Source: Candidatus Saccharimonadota bacterium (GTDB lineage Bacteria > Patescibacteriota > Microgenomatia > UBA1406 > GWC2-37-13). From it: 32,000 bases of DNA. Shown in pieces: positions 23,799-31,243 of the stretch; position 1 is the first letter of the stretch, and each line of letters opens with the position of its first letter. The notes below the pieces were generated by a model that was not told the origin of the DNA, did no database searches, and worked only from the letters and a program-made list of their open reading frames with translations. A program made the position numbers and the translations under genes. The stretch covers positions 330,001 through 362,000 of the forward strand of contig CP066689.1 in assembly GCA_016432445.1 (NCBI GenBank), in the 5' to 3' direction.

Positions 23799-24632
23799 TT
23801 ATTTCTTTACACACTTTCCTCCTGCGTCAGGATAATTTCCATCATATTTACATTCATATCCATCAGGACATAGAATTCCAGCAATTCCTCCACAAAACTT
23901 CCCTTCACTACTTTCCTCATTTTGATAGATGAATCTAAAGGTGGAGAGGATTTGTTCAGCTAAAGGACGTTTGGGATTATCTGCCGCTGGGGTATTTGAT
24001 ATTTTAAATTTATATATAAGCCCGCTTTTATAAATCTTATCTTTCGGTTTGATAACAAATATTAAGGTTGTATAACCGCCTTGTCCTTCTATGTTATCAA
24101 ATCTAATACCATTTAATCCGCTAAAGGAGATTTGTTTTTGAATCATTTTTGTTGAAGCAAAATTAGAAAGACTTAAGAGTTTAGAAGCATCATTGAGTGT
24201 TAAATTATCTTTATTTTCCATAGCCGAGATAGATAGATCTGAAGTGTCTTCAATATTTTGACTAAGATACAAATCATTCGGTTTAACCAATGTCTCACCA
24301 GGCCATATGTTAAATATGTTGTCTCCACCACTATGAACTGAAAATTTATCAATTGGATATTTAAATTCATAAAAGCTGCCAGCAGAATAAACTTTCCAGT
24401 TGATAGTTTCATCAGTTGTGATGGTTGGAGATGGAAGAACTTTGGTTGGAGAAATTACTGCCGCCTCTTTATTAACTTTATTTGACTGACTACCTAAATA
24501 ATAACTCACGGCTCCAATTACCAATGTTAAAATCACTCCTCCAATGATTAAAGGTAGTTTTGAGGGAGATTGGAGAGATGAGGATGATTGGGGCGGTTGG
24601 GGAATTGTTGATGGTTGAGTTTGAGGGTCCAT
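23799..24632 (-). CDS. Hypothetical membrane-anchored extracytoplasmic protein with a C-terminal four-Cys motif
   Basis: 277 aa. Pro/Gln/Ser-rich N-terminus, TM helix LPLIIGGVILTLVIGAVSYYL, and C-terminal FCGGIAGILCPDGYECKYDGNYPDAGGKCVKK. Confidence 0.6.
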   Translation of the reverse strand: MDPQTQPSTIPQPPQSSSSLQSPSKLPLIIGGVILTLVIGAVSYYLGSQSNKVNKEAAVISPTKVLPSPTITTDETINWKVYSAGSFYEFKYPIDKFSVHSGGDNIFNIWPGETLVKPNDLYLSQNIEDTSDLSISAMENKDNLTLNDASKLLSLSNFASTKMIQKQISFSGLNGIRFDNIEGQGGYTTLIFVIKPKDKIYKSGLIYKFKISNTPAADNPKRPLAEQILSTFRFIYQNEESSEGKFCGGIAGILCPDGYECKYDGNYPDAGGKCVKK

Positions 24633-24674
24633 TAATTTAAATTATTACACATGGTGGAAATAATATCAATTTAA

Positions 24675-24723
24675 GAGATCCCTCGACTTCGCCCGCCTTT
24701 GGCGTGGCTTCGCTCGGGATGAC
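24675..24723 (+). repeat. GAGAT...ATGAC nested-hairpin repeat, copy R2 (closing helix ATCCC/GGGAT)
   Basis: GAGATCCCTCGAC ttcGCCCGCCtttGGCGTGGCttc GCTCGGGATGAC. Followed immediately by ATGGAGGTTTTTTCAAT (24724-24740). Lies in the divergent region between the 277-aa gene and efp. Confidence 0.7.
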
Positions 24724-24785
24724 ATGGAGGTTTTTTCAATTGCAAATTGTATCCATAAACATTAAAATGATGGTTTGATTTACTT

Positions 24786-25346
24786 ATGAGAACTAATGCA
24801 GGAAATTTAAAAAAAGGCGAGTTTGTCCGCCACCAAAATGAAATTTGGCAGGTGCAAAAAGCCGAGTTCTATTCTCCAGGAAAAGGTTCAGCTCTCATGA
24901 AAGCCCGCATTAAAAATGTTTTATCGGGGAAAAATCTTGATTACACTTATAAATCAAACGAAGATGTAGAAACTGTAGATGTTACAAGTATTGAGATGCA
25001 GTATCTTTATAAAGATGCCGAAAATTATTACTTCATGGACGAGCGATCTTATGAACAGTATTCGGTTGCCTCTTCAGTTGTCGGAGACGTTGGGCGTTTT
25101 TTTAAAGAAGGAGATAAATATTACATTTTTGTTTACAATGAAAAAGCTATCTCTATAAGGCCGCCTATGAGTGTGAGGTTAAAGATTATTGAAACAGAAG
25201 ATGCAGCCAAAGGTGATACAGTATCTGGCGCTAAAAAAACGGCCAAAGTTGAAACAGGCGCCACTGTGATGGTACCGCTTTTTGTCAAAGCCGGCGATGA
25301 AATTACAATTAACCCCGAAACTGGAGATTATACGGGGAGAGTCTAA
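24786..25346 (+). CDS. efp: Elongation factor P
   Basis: 186 aa. Has the SPGKGSA loop and the three-domain EF-P length and pattern. Confidence 0.95.
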   Translation: MRTNAGNLKKGEFVRHQNEIWQVQKAEFYSPGKGSALMKARIKNVLSGKNLDYTYKSNEDVETVDVTSIEMQYLYKDAENYYFMDERSYEQYSVASSVVGDVGRFFKEGDKYYIFVYNEKAISIRPPMSVRLKIIETEDAAKGDTVSGAKKTAKVETGATVMVPLFVKAGDEITINPETGDYTGRV

Positions 25347-25434
25347 TAGATCTTTGATCTGAGATCTTAGATATTATATTTTCAATATTAATACTTTTAT
25401 TTCTAAGATCCAAGATCTAACATCTAAGATCTTA
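25347..25434. repeat. Heptamer-periodic long palindrome, flavour 3 (NNGATCT arm / CTAAGAT arm)
   Basis: Left arm: tagatct ttgatct gagatct tagat. Right arm: ctaagat ccaagat ctaacat ctaagat ctta. Starts at the base after the efp stop and ends 12 nt before the next ATG. Confidence 0.75.
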
Positions 25435-25446
25435 ATTTTAAACTAT

Positions 25447-26067
25447 ATGGCTTCAGTTGGTGAAATTATTAAAAAAGAGAGAGAAAAAAAAGGACTAACG
25501 CTTCGTCAAATAGAAAAAGAAATAAAAATAAGAGAAAAATATTTGGCTGCGATTGAGGAGAATAAATGGGAAATTTTTTCGTCACGCATTTATATAATAG
25601 GTGTCATTAAAAACTATTCTAAAGTACTGGGATTAGAATCCCAAAAAATTGTAGCTCTTTTTAGACGAGATTATGAGCAAAAAGATGATATTCATTTTAA
25701 AAGAAGAGTAGCTTCCCATTATTTAACATCTCAGTCAAGAAGAATAGTTTTAGGCGGTGTAATTTTGATAATTGCTGTTTTCTCAAGCTACTTTGGTTAT
25801 CAGTTAAAACAATTTTTATCTCCTCCTAAAGTAGCTATAGTTTCCCCCCAAGGAGATCGTTTCCGCTCAGTAGACATTCTTAAAATTACCGGCCAAACAG
25901 AAAAAGAAGCCAGTATTATTATTTATGGTGAAAAAATTTATCCTTCAAAAGACGGCACTTTTCAGTATGATTTTCCGATAAAAATGGGGAGAAATGAGCT
26001 TGTCATTGAGGTTATTGGAGCCAATGGAAAAAAAGCAGTGTTAAAAAAAGACTATTTTAAGGATTGA
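25447..26067 (+). CDS. RodZ-like protein (N-terminal XRE-type HTH, TM helix, C-terminal beta domain)
   Basis: 206 aa. GEIIKKEREKKGLTLRQIEKEIKIREKYLAAIEENKWE, then IVLGGVILIIAVFSSYFGY. Confidence 0.65.
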   Translation: MASVGEIIKKEREKKGLTLRQIEKEIKIREKYLAAIEENKWEIFSSRIYIIGVIKNYSKVLGLESQKIVALFRRDYEQKDDIHFKRRVASHYLTSQSRRIVLGGVILIIAVFSSYFGYQLKQFLSPPKVAIVSPQGDRFRSVDILKITGQTEKEASIIIYGEKIYPSKDGTFQYDFPIKMGRNELVIEVIGANGKKAVLKKDYFKD

Positions 26068-26071
26068 TATT

Positions 26072-26146
26072 GTCATTGCGAGGATCCGCCAGTCTTCGAC
26101 CCTGAGGGGCTCAGACCCGAATGGGCTGGCGGAGACGTGGCAATCT
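26072..26146 (-). repeat. GAGAT...ATGAC-type repeat, copy R3a (inverted; closing helix ATTGC/GCAAT) with a second hairpin element in its loop
   Basis: The plus strand reads GTCATTGCGAG-[gatCCGCCAG...CTGGCGGag]-acgtgGCAATCT. The loop insert carries CTTCGAC, CCTGAGG and GGATC motifs that also occur in R1 and R2, and it is the sequence shared with 1228-1276. Confidence 0.7.
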
Positions 26147-26156
26147 AATCAGAACG

Positions 26157-26210
26157 AGATTGCTTCACTTCATCAGGTACAGGACTGTACCTGACTTCGT
26201 TCGCAATGAC
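26157..26210 (+). repeat. GAGAT...ATGAC nested-hairpin repeat, copy R3b (closing helix ATTGC/GCAAT)
   Basis: GAGATTGCttcacttcaTCAGGTACAGgaCTGTACCTGActtcgttcGCAATGAC. The inner 10-bp helix is perfect. Tail-to-tail with R3a. Ends 2 nt before the radA stop codon. Confidence 0.7.
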
Positions 26211-26212
26211 AT

Positions 26213-27493
26213 TTATTTAAATAAACTCTTTAGTTCCTTTATAGACTTCATATTTTTTTGGGATATAATTTTTTTAAAACTTAGTCTGCCGGCTTCGTTG
26301 ACAATTTTATCTTCAAAAGCAGTTTTTCTGACTTCACCCAATAATCCGACTTCTCCAACAAACAGTGTTTTTTTGGGAACGGGAATATTTTTTATTGAAG
26401 AAATAAGAGAAGCAATGATACCTAAATCAGCGGCAGTCGATTTAATATCAACTCCGCCTACAACATTAACGTAAATATCAAAGGTGTCCAGCGGCAAATT
26501 GATGTGTTTTCTTAAAACAGCCAAAAGCAGAAGGACTTTATTGTAATCAACTCCTTTAACTACTCTTCGGGGAACAGGAAGCATGGTTGGAGAAGCGAGA
26601 GTTTGTATTTCGAAAAATAATGATCTTTTGCCTTCAGCGACACCGACAATTGCTTTACCAGGCACTTCTTCATCCTGATTTTCAAGGAACGCTAGAGGGT
26701 TGTTGACCTCAACCAATCCGCTTTGAGCCATCTCAAAAATGCCAATCTCATCTGTGGGGCCAAAGCGGTTTTTAGGCGATCTTAAAATCCTAAAGTTTGA
26801 AACTCTTTCTCCTTCAAATGAGAGTACTGCATCAGTCATATGTTCCAAAGTTTTAGGGCCGGCGATATCCCCTTCCTTTGTTACATGGCCCACTACAATA
26901 ATGGGAATTTTTTTAGTTTTAGCGATTCTTGTAAGCTGGCTCAAACATTCTTTAAGCTGTGTTACGCTTCCTGCCGGACTTTCAACTGTATTGGAATAAA
27001 TTGTTTGAATGGAATCAATAACAATTATATCGATTTTATCTTTTAGTTCATCAATTCCCACAACAATTCCTTCGACCTGCAAAGTATCTGAAAAAAGAAA
27101 ACTACTAAGGTTTATCTTTAATCTCTCGGCCCGGTGTTTTATTTGTTCAGCAGCTTCTTCTCCTGAGATGTAAAGGGTTTTAAAATTAGTTAAAGCTTGA
27201 AGAAGTAAGGTAGATTTCCCTACACCGGGTTCACCGGTTAAAAAGACTACTTCTCCAGGAATAAATCCGCCGCCCAAGACCCGGTCAAACTCAAAAATGC
27301 CGGTTTTTTTCCTGATCTTATTTAAAGGTTTAATGGTTGATAAAGCGATGGCGTTAAGGCGGGCGGTTCTTTCTTTTGTTTTCCCATCTTTCATATCTCT
27401 TTGTTTTTTGAAGGTTTTCCACTGAGCGCACTCAGGGCAACGCCCCATCCAAGAGGCTGTTCCATAACCGCAGTTTGAACAAATATACATCAT
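26213..27493 (-). CDS. radA: DNA repair protein RadA/Sms
   Basis: 426 aa. N-terminal zinc ribbon CSNCGYGTASWMGRCPECAQW, Walker A GEPGVGKST, KNRFG, and a Lon-like C-terminal domain. Confidence 0.95.
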   Translation of the reverse strand: MMYICSNCGYGTASWMGRCPECAQWKTFKKQRDMKDGKTKERTARLNAIALSTIKPLNKIRKKTGIFEFDRVLGGGFIPGEVVFLTGEPGVGKSTLLLQALTNFKTLYISGEEAAEQIKHRAERLKINLSSFLFSDTLQVEGIVVGIDELKDKIDIIVIDSIQTIYSNTVESPAGSVTQLKECLSQLTRIAKTKKIPIIVVGHVTKEGDIAGPKTLEHMTDAVLSFEGERVSNFRILRSPKNRFGPTDEIGIFEMAQSGLVEVNNPLAFLENQDEEVPGKAIVGVAEGKRSLFFEIQTLASPTMLPVPRRVVKGVDYNKVLLLLAVLRKHINLPLDTFDIYVNVVGGVDIKSTAADLGIIASLISSIKNIPVPKKTLFVGEVGLLGEVRKTAFEDKIVNEAGRLSFKKIISQKNMKSIKELKSLFK

Positions 27494-27498
27494 AAAGG

Positions 27499-27583
27499 TT
27501 GATTCATGATTAAAGATTCACGATTCAAGAATAAAACATTTGCTTCATCTTCATGAATCATAAATCATGAATCTTGAATCAAA
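27499..27583. repeat. Heptamer-periodic long palindrome, flavour 2, between argS and radA
   Basis: Left arm: ttgattc atgatta aagattc acgattc aagaata. Right arm: ttcatga atcataa atcatga atcttga atcaaat. Homologous to 16353-16414. Confidence 0.75.
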
Positions 27584-27589
27584 TTAAAT

Positions 27590-29284
27590 TTACATTTTTT
27601 CTACTGTCTCTATTCCCAAAAGATAAAGTCCGTTTTTAATTACTTGAGCTGTGGCTTTTGTTAAAAGCAGCCTAAAATTTTTAGTCTCATCATCAGCTTT
27701 TAATATCTGATGTTTCTGATAAAAAATATTGAATTTTTGAGCAAGGTCAAATAAATAAGTGGCGATAAGATGAGGTGAGAAACTTATACCTGCTTTTTCA
27801 ACTACTTCGGTAAACTGATAAAAACTTCTTAACAAATCTTTTTCTTCTTTAGAAATGCTTTTAATTATTATGCCATCGTTTGAACAACTGGTTTTAGCAA
27901 GAACGCTTTGACACCGGACATAAGTATAGATAAGATAGGGGCCTGAGTTTCCTTCAAGAGAGATTGATTCGTCAAAATCAAAAGCGATATTGCTTTTTAA
28001 ACCATTTTTAAGGTAGGAATATTTAACTGCGGCTATAGCTAAACTTTCAGCAGTTTTTTCCTCACATTTATATGAGTTTACTATCACTTCTTTAGATTTG
28101 TTTAAGAGCCATTCGCCCTCAATTACGTTTCCTTGGCGCGATGACATTTTACCTGATTTTAGAGTAACCCATCCATAATCAAGATGCATCTGTTTACCCC
28201 TGTATTTCTCGGGATTTAAAATTTCTTCTACTTTAAAGGTAACTTTAAAAAAACTGCTTTGCTCGGGTCCGACTACATGAATACATTTATCAAGTTCTCC
28301 AAACTCTGAAAATTCCATCTCGGCTAAGGCCAGTTCTTTACCTTCATAAGTAGGTAAACCTAAAGCATTGATAAAAACACGCGTATCAATTCCGTATTTT
28401 TTTCCATTAAAAACGATGGCTCCTTCGCTTTCTTCCAAGATACCTTTTTCAAGAGCTTGTTGAGATATCTCAACTCCCCGTTTGTGCATTTCGCTTTCAA
28501 AATAAAGGCGGTCAAACTGAGTGTATGCCCGTTTATATATTTCATTAAAATAATTTAAACTTAACTCTCTAGTTTCTTCCCATAAAGGAATAATTTCAGA
28601 GTTATTTTCATAAATCATCCGGTTAACTTCAATAATCTCTTCTTTACCTTTTCCGCCTTCTTCATAAACTTTGTTACCTTCAGAATATGCTTTTCCAAGA
28701 AAAGAGATCTTTTCTCTAAGAGTCATTTGAGCAAAAATAACATCTCCTTTTTCTTTGATAATTTGTTTTAACCGCCAAAGGCATTTGGCTACATGCAAGC
28801 CGATATCACCTTCATAATTGGCTCTTACAACTTTGTTTCCTAAAGCTTCAAAAATCCGCGCGATTGATTCACCAATGAATAATGTTCTTAAATGACCGAT
28901 ATGAAAAAGTTTGAGAGGGTTAGGGTGGGCATACTCCACCATGATTTTTTTTATTTTTCCTAAGGAGTAAGGAAAGTACTCAATTTTTCCTTGAGCTAAA
29001 TCTTTATTTAAAGAAAAAAGATATGAAGGGGTGATCCAAAAATTGATGAAACCCGGTTTAAGGACCTCAGCTTTTTCAATAAGATCATTTGATTCAAGAT
29101 TTTTTACAATTTCTTCAGCCACGTCCATGGGATTTTTTTTGAGATTTTTGGAAATTTTTAAAGCAATGCTTGATGAGTAATCTCCAAAATCAGAATTGGC
29201 CGGGTGTTCAAGATCCGGTTTTTCTTCAATGCCCATTTTGGCTAATGCCGCCTGTAAAGTTTCTAAAATTTTATTTCTTACCAT
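27590..29284 (-). CDS. argS: Arginine--tRNA ligase
   Basis: I start it at MVRNKILETLQ (ATG 29284) rather than at the track's 29410. It has HPNPLKLFHIGHLR (HIGH) and MSSRQG (KMSK-like). The minus strand reads TGcTATCATataaaccaATG upstream. Confidence 0.95.
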   Translation of the reverse strand: MVRNKILETLQAALAKMGIEEKPDLEHPANSDFGDYSSSIALKISKNLKKNPMDVAEEIVKNLESNDLIEKAEVLKPGFINFWITPSYLFSLNKDLAQGKIEYFPYSLGKIKKIMVEYAHPNPLKLFHIGHLRTLFIGESIARIFEALGNKVVRANYEGDIGLHVAKCLWRLKQIIKEKGDVIFAQMTLREKISFLGKAYSEGNKVYEEGGKGKEEIIEVNRMIYENNSEIIPLWEETRELSLNYFNEIYKRAYTQFDRLYFESEMHKRGVEISQQALEKGILEESEGAIVFNGKKYGIDTRVFINALGLPTYEGKELALAEMEFSEFGELDKCIHVVGPEQSSFFKVTFKVEEILNPEKYRGKQMHLDYGWVTLKSGKMSSRQGNVIEGEWLLNKSKEVIVNSYKCEEKTAESLAIAAVKYSYLKNGLKSNIAFDFDESISLEGNSGPYLIYTYVRCQSVLAKTSCSNDGIIIKSISKEEKDLLRSFYQFTEVVEKAGISFSPHLIATYLFDLAQKFNIFYQKHQILKADDETKNFRLLLTKATAQVIKNGLYLLGIETVEKM

Positions 29285-29327
29285 TGGTTTATATGATAGC
29301 ACAAATATGTTAAAATTTAGATACTTT

Positions 29328-30188
29328 ATGAAAAGAAAATTATTGCTTCTTCTTTTTTTAATAATTTTATTTGGAGCTTTTGTTGGCGGCAGATATATTT
29401 TACTAAACACTCAAAATGTAAATGGCAAGATAAGGATAGTTACTTCACCTTCATCAAATGTCTTTATAAATAATGTGGCGGTGGGGAAGACTCCATTTGA
29501 GGAAAAATACAAGGTCGGAGAGTATTTGCTGAAACTGATACCTGAAGCCAGCCAAACTGCTTCCTGGCAGGGGAAAGTCAAGATTTATAAAAATGCTCTT
29601 TCTTACGTCAATCGGGAATTGGGGAGTACCGATATTGCTTCAGCCGGTGAGATTTTAACAATCGGCAAAATGGAGAAAACTAAAGACAAAAAACTGGGAG
29701 AAATTTATGTAGAAACAGAACCCAGCGGAGCAATAGTTCACTTAGACAATGATGAAAAAGGAGTGGCTCCATTGATATTGGCTGATGTTGTGCGGGGTGA
29801 TCATGAAATATCAGTTTATATGCCGGGATTTTTAAGAAGGACTGAAAAAATTAATGTTGATTCAGGATATCGTCTTAATGCTCATTTTAAATTAGCCATT
29901 GATCCCAATCAGCAATTACTACCGAAAGAAGAAAAAAAAGAAGCAACCGATAGTGCCAAAGTAACAAAGACGATAGTGGTCATAAGCGACTCGGTTAGAG
30001 ATACACCTATTGGTGCCCTAAGAGTAAGAGAGGAGGCATCAATAAGCGCTTCAGAATCTGCTCGGGTAAACGCCGGAGACAAGTTTGAACTTCTTGATGA
30101 GGATGAAGGGTGGTATAAGATAGAGTACGAAAAAGGCAAACAGGGCTGGGTCTACTCACAATATGCGTTAAAGCAAGAATCTCAATAA
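29328..30188 (+). CDS. PEGA-domain protein with a C-terminal SH3b-like domain, N-terminal signal/anchor
   Basis: I start it at MKRKLLLLLFLIILFGAFVGG (ATG 29328). Two PEGA-like repeats are present (VTSPSSNVFINNVAVGKTP and ETEPSGAIVHLDNDEKGVAP). The C-terminal RVREEASISA...GWYKIEYEKGKQGWVYSQY looks SH3b-like. Confidence 0.7.
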   Translation: MKRKLLLLLFLIILFGAFVGGRYILLNTQNVNGKIRIVTSPSSNVFINNVAVGKTPFEEKYKVGEYLLKLIPEASQTASWQGKVKIYKNALSYVNRELGSTDIASAGEILTIGKMEKTKDKKLGEIYVETEPSGAIVHLDNDEKGVAPLILADVVRGDHEISVYMPGFLRRTEKINVDSGYRLNAHFKLAIDPNQQLLPKEEKKEATDSAKVTKTIVVISDSVRDTPIGALRVREEASISASESARVNAGDKFELLDEDEGWYKIEYEKGKQGWVYSQYALKQESQ

Positions 30189-30221
30189 CGATTTACCATA
30201 GATTTGTTTAGTCAGATATGC

Positions 30222-30227
30222 GATAAT
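30222..30227 (+). promoter_or_regulatory. -10-like GATAAT 6 nt before the ATG at 30234
   Basis: gcGATAATatcagtATG. This supports ATG 30234 over the track's TTG at 30204. Confidence 0.4.
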
Positions 30228-30233
30228 ATCAGT

Positions 30234-30548
30234 ATGAAACAGGAGAAAAATCTAAAACTTCCTAATTTTTTTCGCTCCTATTTTTGGGATATAGAGTTTA
30301 ATAAGCTGAAAACTAAAACACACTCTTCTTTAGTCATAAAACGAGTACTCGATAGAGGGAATCTTCGTGACATACGTTGGTTAGTAAAAACATATGGAAA
30401 AGACGCAATCAAAGAAGTGGTTATGAAAACACGAGATTTAGCCCGCCCCACCTGTAATTTTTGGGCAGATGTTTTAGATCTTGATAAAAGTAAAATACCA
30501 TGTTTACAAAAACCTTACTTCCCGATACATTTCGGGCTATCCAGTTAA
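30234..30548 (+). CDS. Small conserved partner protein of the AbiEii-type nucleotidyltransferase (putative antitoxin-like component; DUF6922-like from memory)
   Basis: 104 aa from ATG 30234. FWDIEFNKLKTKTHSSLVIKRVLDRGNLRDIRWLVKTYGKDAIKEVVMKTRDLARPTCNFWADVL resembles a family I recall next to DUF1814/AbiEii genes. Overlaps the next gene by 49 nt. Confidence 0.55.
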   Translation: MKQEKNLKLPNFFRSYFWDIEFNKLKTKTHSSLVIKRVLDRGNLRDIRWLVKTYGKDAIKEVVMKTRDLARPTCNFWADVLDLDKSKIPCLQKPYFPIHFGLSS

Positions 30549-31132
30549 TTTCAGGCATTTCCGAGATAAAAAAAGGTTATCTTGCTGGAGGTACTGCTTT
30601 AGCGCTTCAGATTGGACATAGAATTTCCGTGGATCTTGATTTCTTCACTCAAGAGGAATTCAATGTAACTGAATTATCTGAGAAATTTTCCTCTTTATCA
30701 GAATTCTCACAAGATGGTACCTCAAAATGGACGATATGGGGAAAAGTTGGCCAAACGAAATTTAGTATATTCTACTATAAATATCCATTACTTGAAAAAA
30801 CTTTGCCATTTGAAGGGATTCAACTGGCAAGTCTCTCTGATATTGTCGCCATGAAAATCCATGCGATTGAAGATAGAGGGACTAGACGGGATTTTGTAGA
30901 TATTTATTTTCTTTTGAAAAAGTATACTTTTGAAGAAATGATTAGTTTTTATCAAAAAAAATATTCTGTTTTAGAAGATCATTTATATTCAATTCTTCGC
31001 GCTCTTGATTATTTTGAGGATGCGGAACAAGAAAGTCAAATGCCAAAAATGATACTTGAGGTCAATTGGGAAGAAGTAAAAGAATGTTTTAGAAAAGAGA
31101 CGTACCGCCTCATTAAAAAAAAGTTAAAATGA
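30500..31132 (+). CDS. Nucleotidyltransferase, AbiEii/AbiGii toxin family (DUF1814)
   Basis: 210 aa. YLAGGTALALQIGHRISVDLDFFT is a G-G...D-x-D nucleotidyltransferase motif. It is followed by AMKIHAIEDRGTRRDFVDIYFL, typical of the family. Confidence 0.75.
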   Translation: MFTKTLLPDTFRAIQLISGISEIKKGYLAGGTALALQIGHRISVDLDFFTQEEFNVTELSEKFSSLSEFSQDGTSKWTIWGKVGQTKFSIFYYKYPLLEKTLPFEGIQLASLSDIVAMKIHAIEDRGTRRDFVDIYFLLKKYTFEEMISFYQKKYSVLEDHLYSILRALDYFEDAEQESQMPKMILEVNWEEVKECFRKETYRLIKKKLK

Positions 31133-31231
31133 CGATGCTCCCTAATAAGCGACAAAACAAGAGCCTGAATAAAAGAGCGGGCATTATTAGGGGTGTAACC
31201 TATAGTATTTGATTTCTCGCCAGGATTTTAG

Positions 31232-31237
31232 TATAAT
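31232..31237 (+). promoter_or_regulatory. TATAAT 6 nt before the ATG at 31244; candidate leaderless promoter
   Basis: tagTATAATtcatatATG. No SD. Confidence 0.45.
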
Positions 31238-31243
31238 TCATAT

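Noticed and set aside
26121-26474. 117-aa + strand ORF starting in the R3a/R3b repeats (MGWRRRGNLIRTRLLHF...)
   Set aside because: Its first third is translated repeat sequence and the rest is antisense to the radA C-terminal domain. There is no independent support.
921-27583. Could the short periodic repeats be CRISPR arrays or degenerate coding repeats?
   Set aside because: Units are 7 nt with no spacers, arranged as two inverted arms, and no cas genes are present. The period is not a multiple of three, and the elements lie outside ORFs except for the first codons at 16401.
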